NCBI GenBank assembly: GCA_051531975.1 | Contig: JAOPTT010000008.1 | Span: forward strand, 32,001-96,000 | Direction: 5' to 3' | Length of the DNA: 64,000 bases | Source of the DNA: Spirochaetaceae bacterium | GTDB taxonomy: Bacteria > Spirochaetota > Spirochaetia > DSM-2461 | Shown here: positions 9,132 to 19,150 of the stretch, in pieces | Layout: each line of letters begins with the position of its first letter | How positions within the stretch are numbered: the stretch's first letter is position 1 | Notes under the pieces: model-generated | What the model saw: the letters and a program-made list of their open reading frames with translations, nothing else | Told to the model about the DNA's origin: nothing | Databases searched by the model: none | Translations under genes and position numbers: made by a program

Positions 9132-9531
9132 TGCAGGACCTTTGATAGCACTATTCAATAAAAATGATAAATATCATAAACAAATAAAAGAATTTATTAA
9201 AAACTATAATGGGTCATTAATAACAACTTGGCCTGTTCTTACAGAAGTTTCACATATGTTAGATTTTAATATAAAGACACAAATAGATTTCCTTACTTGG
9301 GTACAACTTGGTGCTGTAAGTATTGAAGATATTGATAACTCAGATATATTAAGAATAATTGAATTATCAAAAAAATATTCTAATGTCCCAATGGATTTAG
9401 CAGATGCATCACTCGTAGTTTTATCTGAAAATTTAAATATAAAAGAGATTATAACAATTGATTCAGATTATTATATTTATAGAACCATTGATAAAGAAAT
9501 GATCGAAAATATATTCAAGTATGAAAAATAA
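9112..9531 (+). CDS. vapC: PIN-domain (VapC-like) toxin
   Basis: LIDAGPLIA...VLTEV...MDLADASLV...ITIDSDY acidic PIN residues. Confidence 0.9.
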   Translation: MKNTLIDAGPLIALFNKNDKYHKQIKEFIKNYNGSLITTWPVLTEVSHMLDFNIKTQIDFLTWVQLGAVSIEDIDNSDILRIIELSKKYSNVPMDLADASLVVLSENLNIKEIITIDSDYYIYRTIDKEMIENIFKYEK

Positions 9532-10108
9532 TATATATGTGGGCATAACAAACAAATTTGCAGATCAGCTAGGAATTAAGAAATTAAATAATATAGATAT
9601 ATACTCTCCAACAATCAATATGTGGCATGCATCTTTAAAATATTTAAATAGAAAGAAATGTATCATATTTATGAATGACTTAACTAGATATTCATTTTTT
9701 CTTTATGGAATAAAAAAGAAGGATTTAGAACATCTTGATGATATATTTTATGACTCATTAATAGATAATTTAAGATATGAAGACTTTTCTCATGAAGAGA
9801 TTATAGCACTGGTTGATCCTCCAGGTGATATAGAATTAATTAAAACAAACAATAGAAGCGTAAATGGAAGTATTACTCAGTTTTTTAAAGATCTAGAGTA
9901 CTACTTTTGTGACAATATGAATAAGTACATTGAATTTGATGGGCAAATGAATTTAAGAATTTTAAATAAAAGATTAAATGACACACCACTTTGTTGCTCT
10001 GATAAAGGTTTCTTTCCTACTGAAAGAATGAAAGAAGAATTAATAAAAATGGTAAAAGATAACAAAAAGTTGGAAATGAAAATTCACGCAAATATTAAGC
10101 GTGATTAA
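9521..10108 (+). CDS. DUF6933-like protein
   Basis: WHA...RKKCIIFMNDLTRYSFFLYG...KTNNRSVNGSI...LNDTP pattern; overlaps the toxin stop by 11 nt. Confidence 0.7.
   Translation: MKNNIYVGITNKFADQLGIKKLNNIDIYSPTINMWHASLKYLNRKKCIIFMNDLTRYSFFLYGIKKKDLEHLDDIFYDSLIDNLRYEDFSHEEIIALVDPPGDIELIKTNNRSVNGSITQFFKDLEYYFCDNMNKYIEFDGQMNLRILNKRLNDTPLCCSDKGFFPTERMKEELIKMVKDNKKLEMKIHANIKRD
10057..10105 (+). repeat. Degenerate attC left half
   Basis: AGATAAC-AAAAAGTTGGAAATGAAAATT matches the start of the intact attC sites; no matching right arm or R' box. Confidence 0.5.
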
Positions 10109-10138
10109 TTATGAAAAACGGTGTAAAATTTCAAAATA

Positions 10139-10633
10139 ATGAAAAATGAAATAAATTTAAATAATAAAAACGAAATTAAAGTTGAAATTAAAGTCTTAGA
10201 ATCAAATGAAGATGCACCTCTAGATTTATTACTACTTGCTGATCCATCAGAAGTATTATTAAAAAAATACCTACAAACTGGTAAATGCTTCATTGCATTC
10301 ATAGGAAATTTAACAGTTGGTGTAATACTTATTATGGAAACCAAATTAGGTTTTGTAGAAGTAATGAACCTAGCAGTAATGCAGGAATATCAAAATCATG
10401 GAATAGGTAAAAAACTTTTATTACATACAATCAATGAAATAAAAAAAGGTAATGCAAAACATATTGAAATAGGAACTGGGAATCCAGGAGTAATACAAAT
10501 GTTACTTTATCAGAAATGTGGATTTAGAATTATAGACATTGATTTTGATTTCTTTAGACGAAATTATCCTGAGAGAATTTATGAAAATGGTATTGAGTGT
10601 CGTGATATGATTAGAATGCGAATTGACATATAA
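10139..10633 (+). CDS. GNAT family N-acetyltransferase
   Basis: LLLLADPS...NLAVMQEYQNHGIGKKLL...GTGN...YQKCGF...ENGIECRDM. Confidence 0.9.
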   Translation: MKNEINLNNKNEIKVEIKVLESNEDAPLDLLLLADPSEVLLKKYLQTGKCFIAFIGNLTVGVILIMETKLGFVEVMNLAVMQEYQNHGIGKKLLLHTINEIKKGNAKHIEIGTGNPGVIQMLLYQKCGFRIIDIDFDFFRRNYPERIYENGIECRDMIRMRIDI

Positions 10634-10684
10634 AAAATAAAAGAATCTAATTAAAATTATACAGAAAATTAATTAGGAGATTTT

Positions 10685-11225
10685 ATGCTCAACTTTAAAA
10701 ATACAATTTCAATAATTACAGGAGCTGCTTCAGGTTTAGGATTGGGACTTTCAAAAGAAATAATAGAAAGAGATGGAACTGTTATTTAAATTGATATAGA
10801 TAAAGTCCGTTTAAATACAGTTAGTAGAGAATTAAATAAATCTAAACATGAAAAAACAAAAACATGGATTTATTGTCAATACATCTTCAATAGCTGGACT
10901 AATACCATTTAAAGGACAGTCTTTATATAATACCACAAAGTTTGCAGTATCTGGGCTTTCATTAACGCTAGAAAAAGAATTTAAAGAACATTATATTGAT
11001 ATCTCAATTATTTGTCCGGAATTGTAAATACTCGTATATTTTATAAACCAATTATTGGAGAAGAAGCTTCTGATGAATATGTACAAATTCCAAAGGAAGC
11101 AATCTCTGTTGAAATAGCTATATATGATATAATGAAGGGCCTTAATAAAAAATAAAAAGATAATAATCACACCCAGTTTTTTAAAATATTTCTTTCTTAA
11201 ATATAGAATATTTGGAAATAAATAA
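10685..11225 (+). pseudogene. Short-chain dehydrogenase/reductase pseudogene
   Basis: AGGAG then MLNFKNTISIITGAASGLG (TGxxxGxG), an in-frame stop, then IVNTSSIAG...YNTTKFAV (YxxxK) in another frame; internal deletion and further frameshift/stop. Confidence 0.85.
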
Positions 11226-11261
11226 ATTAATCTCTAGTTTAATTAAGTTGTAAGATGCGGA

Positions 11262-11306
11262 ATTTAACAAAACATTGGAACGGCAAATCTTTTTGTCATA
11301 GACTGT
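11262..11306 (+). repeat. Truncated attC (left half only)
   Basis: ATTTAAC-AAAACATTGGAACGGCAAATCTTTTTGTCATAGACTGT aligns with the 5' ~45 bp of attC1-4. Confidence 0.7.
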
Positions 11307-11385
11307 CTAAGAAATCAATGCTTATCTTAAATGAAACAAATCCTACCCATAGATTTTAGCTCCATGAATAGAATTTTAGGCTAGT

Positions 11386-12558
11386 TTAATTCCAAATATA
11401 TGCTTTTTTATTACTACCAAAGAACATCTGTTCCCAAAGCCCCTCTTTTTCTATTACTTGAGTTTTTCCATCTTCCTCAACTGTTAGTCTAACATCACCT
11501 AATATTCTTAAATAAGTTGGATTTGCTCCCACAAGTTTAGCTAATGTTCTTTTTGCTGCTGATAGGCCTTCTAAAAAGCTATGATTTACAATATCTTGTT
11601 GTCTCATCATCTCAACTGTATAAGTTGTCCCATCATCTAACTTTTGAATATATGTAATATTATTATCATAAAACTTCCCAGTTCCTGGATGCTCAATTGT
11701 ATTAAACCTTTTAATTTCGGTTTTGCTTTGATCATCAGATATAATCTCGCCATCTTTAGCTATCATAATTACAGGTAATCTTGTAAATCCACTATCTTCT
11801 TCCGATATAATATCACAAGCAATAATATCATAAGCTCCAACTTTTGCTCTACCCCAGTACCAGTGATTGATAACCTTATCCATAGAAATATTACCCCAGT
11901 TATGATCGTGATACCCGGTACCTTCTAAATGCTGTTCTACTCCATTTACAGTTAATGTACCTGTTATTTCTGATGAAGGTTGTGCTACAAACCATGCAAA
12001 ATAATCTGTATCATTTGAAAAATACCAGTGCCCAGTATCTGGTCTCCACATTGGAAGTTTTGATTCCATTATTACATCATATTCAATAGCATCGTCTTTA
12101 TAATATAAGTGATAATCACCATCTACATACTTTAAAAAAGAATCTTTAATTTGAACATTTGCTAGATCTCTAGATGCAGTAATTATAGTTCCATCTGACT
12201 CATTGACTTTTCCTAACACCTTTTCACCATTTGGTTTTGTTACATCGATTGTTGCTGTAGGTCTTGCAGCTCCTGGTACATCAAAACCATCTTTTGTATA
12301 AAATGTAACTACAATAGTTGTACCATCATGAAACTCTGCATCGATATACCACCACTCATAAGAACCAGACTTACCATCGGTTCTCATTCCATCTTCCCAA
12401 ATTTCAGTAGTACCATCTTTAATACCTAATTCTCTGTATTTTTCAACCGAGTTTTCTAACCGCGCTTTTTGGTAATCTCCACCGTCTTTAGGTGCCGACG
12501 TACATGAAGCAAATATAGATATTGCTCCTAACAAAATAATTATTTTATTTAGTGTCAT
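11386..12558 (-). CDS. CrtC/AttH-like (hydroxyneurosporene synthase-like) lipoprotein
   Basis: Lipobox FASC; WEDGMRT...YEWWYIDA...GTGYHDHNWG...WYWGRA motifs. Confidence 0.75.
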   Translation of the reverse strand: MTLNKIIILLGAISIFASCTSAPKDGGDYQKARLENSVEKYRELGIKDGTTEIWEDGMRTDGKSGSYEWWYIDAEFHDGTTIVVTFYTKDGFDVPGAARPTATIDVTKPNGEKVLGKVNESDGTIITASRDLANVQIKDSFLKYVDGDYHLYYKDDAIEYDVIMESKLPMWRPDTGHWYFSNDTDYFAWFVAQPSSEITGTLTVNGVEQHLEGTGYHDHNWGNISMDKVINHWYWGRAKVGAYDIIACDIISEEDSGFTRLPVIMIAKDGEIISDDQSKTEIKRFNTIEHPGTGKFYDNNITYIQKLDDGTTYTVEMMRQQDIVNHSFLEGLSAAKRTLAKLVGANPTYLRILGDVRLTVEEDGKTQVIEKEGLWEQMFFGSNKKAYIWN

Positions 12559-12598
12559 AATTTTCTCTCCTTAGAGTTAATGAATCATATGCTAACAA

Positions 12599-12697
12599 TG
12601 ATACACTTGTCTCTTTTTACTGGTTAGAATATATTAAACTAAATAAATGATGTCTAACTAAATATCTAAAATGATACATATTCACTTATTTGTATCA
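12599..12697. promoter_or_regulatory. Candidate TetR operators in divergent promoter region
   Basis: TGATACA-CT-TGTCTC (12599-12613) and TGATACA-N12-TGTATCA (12672-12697). Confidence 0.45.
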
Positions 12698-12712
12698 AAA
12701 AAGAGGTTGGTA

Positions 12713-13267
12713 ATGGAAATAATTGATTATAAGAAAGTTGGGATTACAAGAACACAAAGTTTGATTATAAATTCAATCATTAAGCTTTTACAAACATATT
12801 CTTTTGATGAAATAACGATTTCAGAGATTTGTGAAAAAGCCAATGTCGCCAGAGCCACATTTTATAGGAATTTTGATTCAAAAGATGCTGTAATTTGTTT
12901 ATATATAGATACTTTGGTATATGACTATTTTAATAAATTAACAGAATATGCATATGTAGATTTTGAATTAACAGCTAAAAACTATTTTGAATATTGGTAT
13001 CATGAACAAGAAATACTAATAATTTTAGAGAAAAATAATCTAACCAATATTCTTTTAAATAAATATTCTATAGTTGAGGATTATCTTTGTGAAATAGGTT
13101 TAAGTAATATAGATGGATTATCAGATAATGACATCTATTATTTTTATTCATTTCATTTTGCAGGGTTATGGAGATTAGTGTTTTTATGGGCACAACATAA
13201 TTTTAAAGAGAGTCCACAGGATATGACCGATACATATCTTAGAATACAAAAGCTTTCAAGAATTTAA
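12713..13267 (+). CDS. TetR/AcrR family regulator
   Basis: ITISEICEKANVARATFYRNF HTH; start moved to the ATG after GAGG. Confidence 0.9.
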   Translation: MEIIDYKKVGITRTQSLIINSIIKLLQTYSFDEITISEICEKANVARATFYRNFDSKDAVICLYIDTLVYDYFNKLTEYAYVDFELTAKNYFEYWYHEQEILIILEKNNLTNILLNKYSIVEDYLCEIGLSNIDGLSDNDIYYFYSFHFAGLWRLVFLWAQHNFKESPQDMTDTYLRIQKLSRI

Positions 13268-13318
13268 TGTATGATTTAATAAAATGTATGATTGTAAATT
13301 GTTCTAGTTAAGTTTGAA

Positions 13319-13375
13319 AGTTAACAAAAAATTGGAACAGACTTCACCTTTATCACAACTCTTGCAGAGAAAAAA
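13319..13375 (+). repeat. Truncated attC (left half only)
   Basis: AGTTAAC-AAAAAATTGGAAC...TCACAACTCTTGCAGAGAAAAAAG resembles the 5' half of the attC family up to the first internal loop. Confidence 0.6.
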
Positions 13376-13601
13376 GGTAAATATTTATACGACAAAAAAA
13401 TATGGTTAACTTAAAAATTATATTAAAAACAATTATAAAGTATTTTACTATTTATGTAGAGTTAATTAGACTACGAATGAATCAACTGATAGATTAAATG
13501 GAAAAATTTTAAAAGTACTAATGGATAGGTTACAGTAATTAGGACAGATTTTACCCGACACATAATATATTAATCATTATATAATATGAGAGAGGTTTAT
13601 A

Positions 13602-13904
13602 ATGTCAAACAAGAAGGGTAAAAATCCTAATATGTCTAAGAGATATACAGATGAATTTAAAAAGCAGATAGTTGAATTATCAGAGAATGGTAAAACCATA
13701 ACAGAGATTGTTAATGAGTATAATATTGCTAGGTCATCAGTATGTAAATGGGTAAATGAGAATAAAACAACTGGATCATTTAAAGCAAAAGATAACCGGT
13801 CTGAAAAAGAAAATGAATTGATAACACTCAGGAAAAGAAATGCTGAATTGTTGATGGAGAACGATATTTTAAAGCAAGCGGCGCTAATAATGGGACGAAA
13901 GTAG
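13602..13904 (+). CDS. IS3 transposase OrfA
   Basis: KRYTDEFKKQIVEL HTH; ENDILKQAALIMGRK coiled-coil end. Confidence 0.9.
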   Translation: MSNKKGKNPNMSKRYTDEFKKQIVELSENGKTITEIVNEYNIARSSVCKWVNENKTTGSFKAKDNRSEKENELITLRKRNAELLMENDILKQAALIMGRK

Positions 13905-14743
13905 CAATAATTAAATCTAACTCTTCAAAATACAGTATTAGCGCCATGTGTAAATTATTAAATATAAATTGAAGTCTTTTATATTACTCAAAGACTTCCA
14001 GGGTTGTTCCTTCAGAAATAGATGATGAAGTTATTATAATTTTTAAGAAGAGTAGAAATAACTATGGAGCACGTAAAATTAAAATAGAGCTTGATAAAAC
14101 ACAATATAAAGCTTCTAGGAGGAAAATACGGCGTATAATGGACAAATATGGCTTAGTTTCAAGCTATACTGTTAAGCAGTTTAAGGTCGTTAAGTCTAAA
14201 TGTAATAATGAAAAAATTGATAATATTGTAGATCGAGACTTTAATCGTGATAAACAGCTAGATGTTGTTGTAAGTGATCTTACATATGTTAATGTAGCAG
14301 GAAAGTGGAATTCTATATGTATAATATTAGATCTCTTTAACAGAGAGATAATTGGATATTCAGCAGGTAAGAAGAGAGATGCTTTTTTGGTATATCAAGC
14401 TTTTACAAAAATAAAAAAGCCATTAGATCAGTTCAATATTTTCCATACAGATAGAGGTAATGAGTTTAAGAATAAAGTTATAGATGATCTTTTAGAGACA
14501 TTTGATGTAACAAGGTCTTTAAGTAGAATGGGATCTCCACATGATAATGCTGTGGCAGAAGCTACATTTAAAGTTATTAAAACAGAGTTTGTTTATCAAA
14601 ATAAATTTGAAAGTCTTGATGAATTGAAACTGGAGTTATTTGATTATGTTAATTGGTATAATAATTGTAGAATTCATGGTTCGTTAGATTATTTAACACC
14701 AGTTGAATATAGATTGAGGGTGTCCGATAAAAAACTGTCTTAA
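13898..14743 (+). pseudogene. IS3 transposase OrfB (DDE), interrupted by a nonsense codon
   Basis: The -1 frame is open from the orfA end to TGA at 13970-13972, then continues in frame through SDLTYV, HTDRGNEF and DNAVAE. Confidence 0.85.
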
Positions 14744-15015
14744 AAAGGGTTGCCTATCCAACCCTGTAGGAGTAGATTATATGTGCATTTACTATTACTT
14801 AAGTAAGACATCAAAACTTATGCTTACCATAGATTGCTATTTTAAAAGAGCCTATACTAAAAACATATATAAAATTCTTTAAATATTAACCATCTAAAAT
14901 TGTTCTTCTGAGGAATTTAAAAAAATTATATTCCCTAGGTAAGAATAATACGTATACTTATATACAGTAATATAGAGTAAGTATTGTGAAAAATAAAATA
15001 TTAGAAGAAGGTTTT

Positions 15016-15372
15016 ATGACAAAAAATAGAGTTTATACTATGAGTTTTGCAAGCATTTATCCTCTTTATATTGCTAAGGTTGAGAAAAAAGGACGTACAA
15101 AATCTGAAGTTGATAAAATAATATATTGGCTCATGGGTTATAGTAAGAAAGAGTTAGAAGTACACTTAAAAAAAGAGACAGACTTTGAGACTTTCATTTT
15201 ACAAAGTCCACAATTAAATCCTTCGAGAACTCTGATAAAAGGTGTCGTATGCGGTATCAGAGTTGAAGAAATAGATGATCCTATAATGCAGGAAATCCGC
15301 TACTTGGATAAACTTATCGATGAGTTGTCTAAGGGTAAAGCCATGCAAAAGATCCTTCGGAGTCACTCCTAG
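15016..15372 (+). CDS. DUF2200 family protein
   Basis: [20 protein letters not shown]...[13 protein letters not shown]...[11 protein letters not shown]. Confidence 0.85.
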   Translation: MTKNRVYTMSFASIYPLYIAKVEKKGRTKSEVDKIIYWLMGYSKKELEVHLKKETDFETFILQSPQLNPSRTLIKGVVCGIRVEEIDDPIMQEIRYLDKLIDELSKGKAMQKILRSHS

Positions 15373-15516
15373 TAAATCTTTTTGATCATAATTTCTAACC
15401 CTATAATTTAATCGACTCAGTGTTTTCTTAATTTTATTAGGAATAACTAACCAATCATTATCAATATTAATTGATTTAAATTGACAGAAACATTAGAACT
15501 GTTAATAATTAGTATT

Positions 15517-16140
15517 ATGAATACAAATGTAGATACATATTTTACCGAAGGATGTGGACGTTGCCCTATGGGTGGAACACCACAATGTAAAGTTCATAGA
15601 TGGTCAAAAGAACTAGAAGTATTAAGAAAAATCATTCTAGCATGTGGTTTGACTGAAGAATCTAAATGGGGTCAACCATGCTATACTTTAGGGAAAAGTA
15701 ATGTCCTATTACTGAGTGCTTTTAAAGAATATTGTGCAATTAGTTTTTTTAAAGGTGTATTACTAAAAGATCCAAAAAGTATATTAGTTCAACAAACCAA
15801 TAACGTACAGTCTTCACGTCAGATAAGAATTACCAATATACAAGAAGTAAATACACAAAAATCTAATATAATAAATTGTATTTATGAAGCTATTGAAATA
15901 GAGAAATCAGGAATGAAAGTTGTTAAAAAGAAGATATCAGAAATTATAATACCTGAAGAATTTCAAAATGTATTAAATAGTGATTCTGTTATAAAAGATT
16001 CCTTTGAAGCTTTAACTCCTGGAAGACAAAAAGGGTACTTATTATTCTTTTCTCAACCAAAACAGTCAAAAACAAGAGTTTCAAGAATCGAAAAAAGTAT
16101 TCCAAAGATTCTAGATGGTTTAGGATTGAATGATAGATAG
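15517..16140 (+). CDS. YdeI/OmpD-associated (DUF1801) family protein
   Basis: GCGRC...KWGQPCY...FFKGVLLKDP...LTPGRQKGY. Confidence 0.85.
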   Translation: MNTNVDTYFTEGCGRCPMGGTPQCKVHRWSKELEVLRKIILACGLTEESKWGQPCYTLGKSNVLLLSAFKEYCAISFFKGVLLKDPKSILVQQTNNVQSSRQIRITNIQEVNTQKSNIINCIYEAIEIEKSGMKVVKKKISEIIIPEEFQNVLNSDSVIKDSFEALTPGRQKGYLLFFSQPKQSKTRVSRIEKSIPKILDGLGLNDR

Positions 16141-16187
16141 AATTAATTATTAAAAAATATCGACTAATTTGTTTTTAGTATTTCAAT

Positions 16188-16850
16188 TTAAATGGATATA
16201 TTTATTTTAATTGTGTCTAATTTTTTGTTATGTCTATTTATTATTGTTCTTAATTTCTTTACCTGAGAATCACTTAATGATGATACTTTTTTATTAAGAA
16301 TAGTTTCAAATTTTAATGATTCCTCTTCACTTTCTAAAACAGGAAGCATTAGTTCAACCCTTTTTCCAAGGTCCACTGGTCTGCACATATTAAGATAGTC
16401 AAATAGCATAGGCATTAATTTAAATTTGTAATTAACATCTTCTAAACAAAGTTTAATTAATACATTGATACCGTGGATTTGAGTAATCAATGTACCTTTT
16501 TCTATAACATCTAGTAGGTAATCAATTTTAGAGAAAATCAGTTCAGATTTAATATTCGTTATAGTTGATAGAGCTATCATTCCACCCCAAACTAACCTAT
16601 TTATTTTAGATCCTAGTAAATCTATAAACAGATTTACATATGAAGATATAAGAGTTGGTTCTAAATATCCAACATTATATAAAACTGCGATACAGTCACT
16701 GGATATAGATTTGTTTTTATCATAAATGTATTCAGAGATCTCTCTAATACCACTAATACTATTTGAGTCTACAAGCTGTTTTGCTAATTCTTTATTTGGT
16801 TCTTCACCTCTTATATTTCTGTTAAAAGCAATATAATCTATCCATTCCAT
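16188..16850 (-). CDS. Hypothetical helical-repeat protein
   Basis: 220-aa ORF; EEPNKELA...NRLVWGGMIAL looks conserved; function unknown. Confidence 0.75.
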   Translation of the reverse strand: MEWIDYIAFNRNIRGEEPNKELAKQLVDSNSISGIREISEYIYDKNKSISSDCIAVLYNVGYLEPTLISSYVNLFIDLLGSKINRLVWGGMIALSTITNIKSELIFSKIDYLLDVIEKGTLITQIHGINVLIKLCLEDVNYKFKLMPMLFDYLNMCRPVDLGKRVELMLPVLESEEESLKFETILNKKVSSLSDSQVKKLRTIINRHNKKLDTIKINISI

Positions 16851-16947
16851 TGTTATATTTTAACTTATCATTTGTTTCTGCTCAATAACAATTATATGTT
16901 TCCTATTAATACAAATTATGTGGAGTGTTCATCAATGAACAGATATT

Positions 16948-18498
16948 CTATTTACTCGTTCTATTATAGTAGATAATTTTATCACTACCCCAGACATAAA
17001 CCTTGTTTCCATCAGGAGAAACAGCTACTTGAGAACCAACCACATCATCAGCAGAACCTGTGTAATTTCCTGGAAAACCACCTGTTTCTCCGTAACGAAT
17101 ATTGTCAGTATTCACAACCTGATAAATATTTTTTCCATCTGGAGAGATAGCAAAACCGTTATAATAATCCTCCCCCATTTTTGAACTTGTTGAGTAACCC
17201 GAGGAATGAACCTGAATTTCTCCCTGTAAATTCCTATAGAAGGCGGAAAATGGAGGAATGCCTCCTTGATCCATTATATTGTTTGCACGAAGATATAGGT
17301 AATTACCATTTGGAGACACACTCATTCGGCGAGGATTTAAAAGATAGCTATACCTCCCCCCCCACATTTGATGGGAACTTTCCAGTGTAAGATCTCCAGA
17401 TAACTCATTAAAAGAAAATTCAGCAAATCCTCTACCTCCACAAATAAATAGAAGATTCGACTCAGGAGCAATTACTAAATCCTGATAGGGCATTAATCCA
17501 TTTATCCCATCTCCTGAAGGATCAAAGGATTTAACAAAAGATATTACTCCTGTATCAAGATTACGGCTAAAAAGCAAGAAATTACTTGCATCAGGATTTT
17601 GAGAATCATAGGAAGCTCCATTTGTAAAATAGAGATAACGACCATCAGGTGTGATAACTCCATCGAGGGCGGACCCAAGGGGATAATCGTTTAAGATATT
17701 ATGAAGAAAACTCTCCTGAAAAACTAAGTCACCATTTTGATTCCGTTTAAACAGATGAATCCCACCGGGAAAATTTCCAACTGTTTGAAAAGGGACATAA
17801 ACGAAGTCACTATCAGGACTGCAGAAGAGGTTGTTAACCCGGTTAATCTTATATTCATCAGTACTACTGATATGTTGTGAAAATGAAGGTTGACCGTCAA
17901 TGCCGATATTGAATACAAAAATATCATTAAACCCTACAAGAAACAATGTAGCACCATCAGGAGAAAAGGTCATATAGCGGGCTTGAACCAAGGGATCGGT
18001 GTCTAATGTTCCCAATTCTGTTAGAAAACCTTGAGGAAGAGTTTTCTCATAGGTATAAACCCAAGCATCAGCGAGCTCTCCATCTAGTTTACAGGTAATC
18101 CTATAGGTTGCATTAAGTCCTAGAGGCAAATCTGATAGAATTAGCTCAGTTTCCTCAGTTTCCATAACATCAATAAAGACATAAGAACTGTTTCTTACTT
18201 GTAGAAGGAAGCTCAGTTTTTCCCAACTATTACCATTCGCCTCAGGGCTACCAACAACTGGGGCATCCCATTTTAGCGTTATCTCATCCATAGCTGTACG
18301 TTGTGACTGAACATTAAAAACCTTTACATTTACTTCCGGTGGAATCACATCCTCAACCGGGATGATAACATCTTCAGGTTGAGTAATGACATCTTCTAGT
18401 GGGGTATTCACATCTTCAGATGGTTCTTCAACAAGAATGTCGCATGAAAATGAAAAATAAAGGATTAATATAAATAATATACTTTTCTTAATAAACAA
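16948..18498 (-). CDS. Lipoprotein with FN3-like domain and lactonase-type beta-propeller
   Basis: TTG start after GGAG; lipobox FSFSC; ITLKWDAP; repeated SPDG/TPDG/SPNG blades. Confidence 0.8.
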   Translation of the reverse strand: MFIKKSILFILILYFSFSCDILVEEPSEDVNTPLEDVITQPEDVIIPVEDVIPPEVNVKVFNVQSQRTAMDEITLKWDAPVVGSPEANGNSWEKLSFLLQVRNSSYVFIDVMETEETELILSDLPLGLNATYRITCKLDGELADAWVYTYEKTLPQGFLTELGTLDTDPLVQARYMTFSPDGATLFLVGFNDIFVFNIGIDGQPSFSQHISSTDEYKINRVNNLFCSPDSDFVYVPFQTVGNFPGGIHLFKRNQNGDLVFQESFLHNILNDYPLGSALDGVITPDGRYLYFTNGASYDSQNPDASNFLLFSRNLDTGVISFVKSFDPSGDGINGLMPYQDLVIAPESNLLFICGGRGFAEFSFNELSGDLTLESSHQMWGGRYSYLLNPRRMSVSPNGNYLYLRANNIMDQGGIPPFSAFYRNLQGEIQVHSSGYSTSSKMGEDYYNGFAISPDGKNIYQVVNTDNIRYGETGGFPGNYTGSADDVVGSQVAVSPDGNKVYVWGSDKIIYYNRTSK

Positions 18499-18610
18499 TT
18501 TTGACTCCGATTTTTAATTAATCTATTTATACCACAGAATATCCTATTTACCTACAATAATTTCCATTAGAAACTAATTGAATATAAAAATAACCGGTAA
18601 TAAATTATTA

Positions 18611-19150
18611 CTAAGGAAGAGATTTATTATATTTATTATTGTAAGTAGAAATTAAAAATAACCGAATATCAAATTCTAATTGGTAATAATTAGGTAACAT
18701 ATAGGAACATAACTTGTAGAATTCTTTGTTATGCTCTTTAACTTTTAAATGAGCTAACTCATGGACGATTATCATATCTAACAATTCTAGTGGTGCAGAT
18801 TTAAAAATAGATGCTATTCTAATTTCATTTGTAGATTTTAATTTACGACCTTGTACTGTAGAAGTTCTACTGTTAAAACCTAAAGCTTTGTAAGTTCTCT
18901 CTATATCATCATCAAATAAAACTCTATGAAGTGGTTTTGCTTTTTTCATATATAATTTTTTTAATTTATTTGTATAACTATAAAGTGCTTTATTATTTTT
19001 AACTTCATGTGTATCAGGATATTTCTGTAATAAATATTGATGTAACTTCCCTGTATTAATTAATTCTTCAACTTTAGAAATTACATCATCAGAATATCCT
19101 GATAGTATTGAAATATCAGACAGTTTTTTTTCCTGATAGAAAATAACCAA
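18611..19150 (-). CDS. YgjP/M48-like metal-dependent hydrolase
   Basis: HELAH zinc motif followed by EHNKEFYKLC; start uncertain. Confidence 0.85.
   Translation of the reverse strand: MVIFYQEKKLSDISILSGYSDDVISKVEELINTGKLHQYLLQKYPDTHEVKNNKALYSYTNKLKKLYMKKAKPLHRVLFDDDIERTYKALGFNSRTSTVQGRKLKSTNEIRIASIFKSAPLELLDMIIVHELAHLKVKEHNKEFYKLCSYMLPNYYQLEFDIRLFLISTYNNKYNKSLP

Larger units (their letters stand above)
13522..14760 (+). mobile_element. IS3-family insertion sequence (probably inactive)
   Basis: Imperfect terminal inverted repeats TGGATAGGTTACAGTAATTAGGACAG... / ...CTGTCTTAAAAAGGGTTGCCTATCCA with TG...CA ends; orfA/orfB layout; no clear target duplication. Confidence 0.9.
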
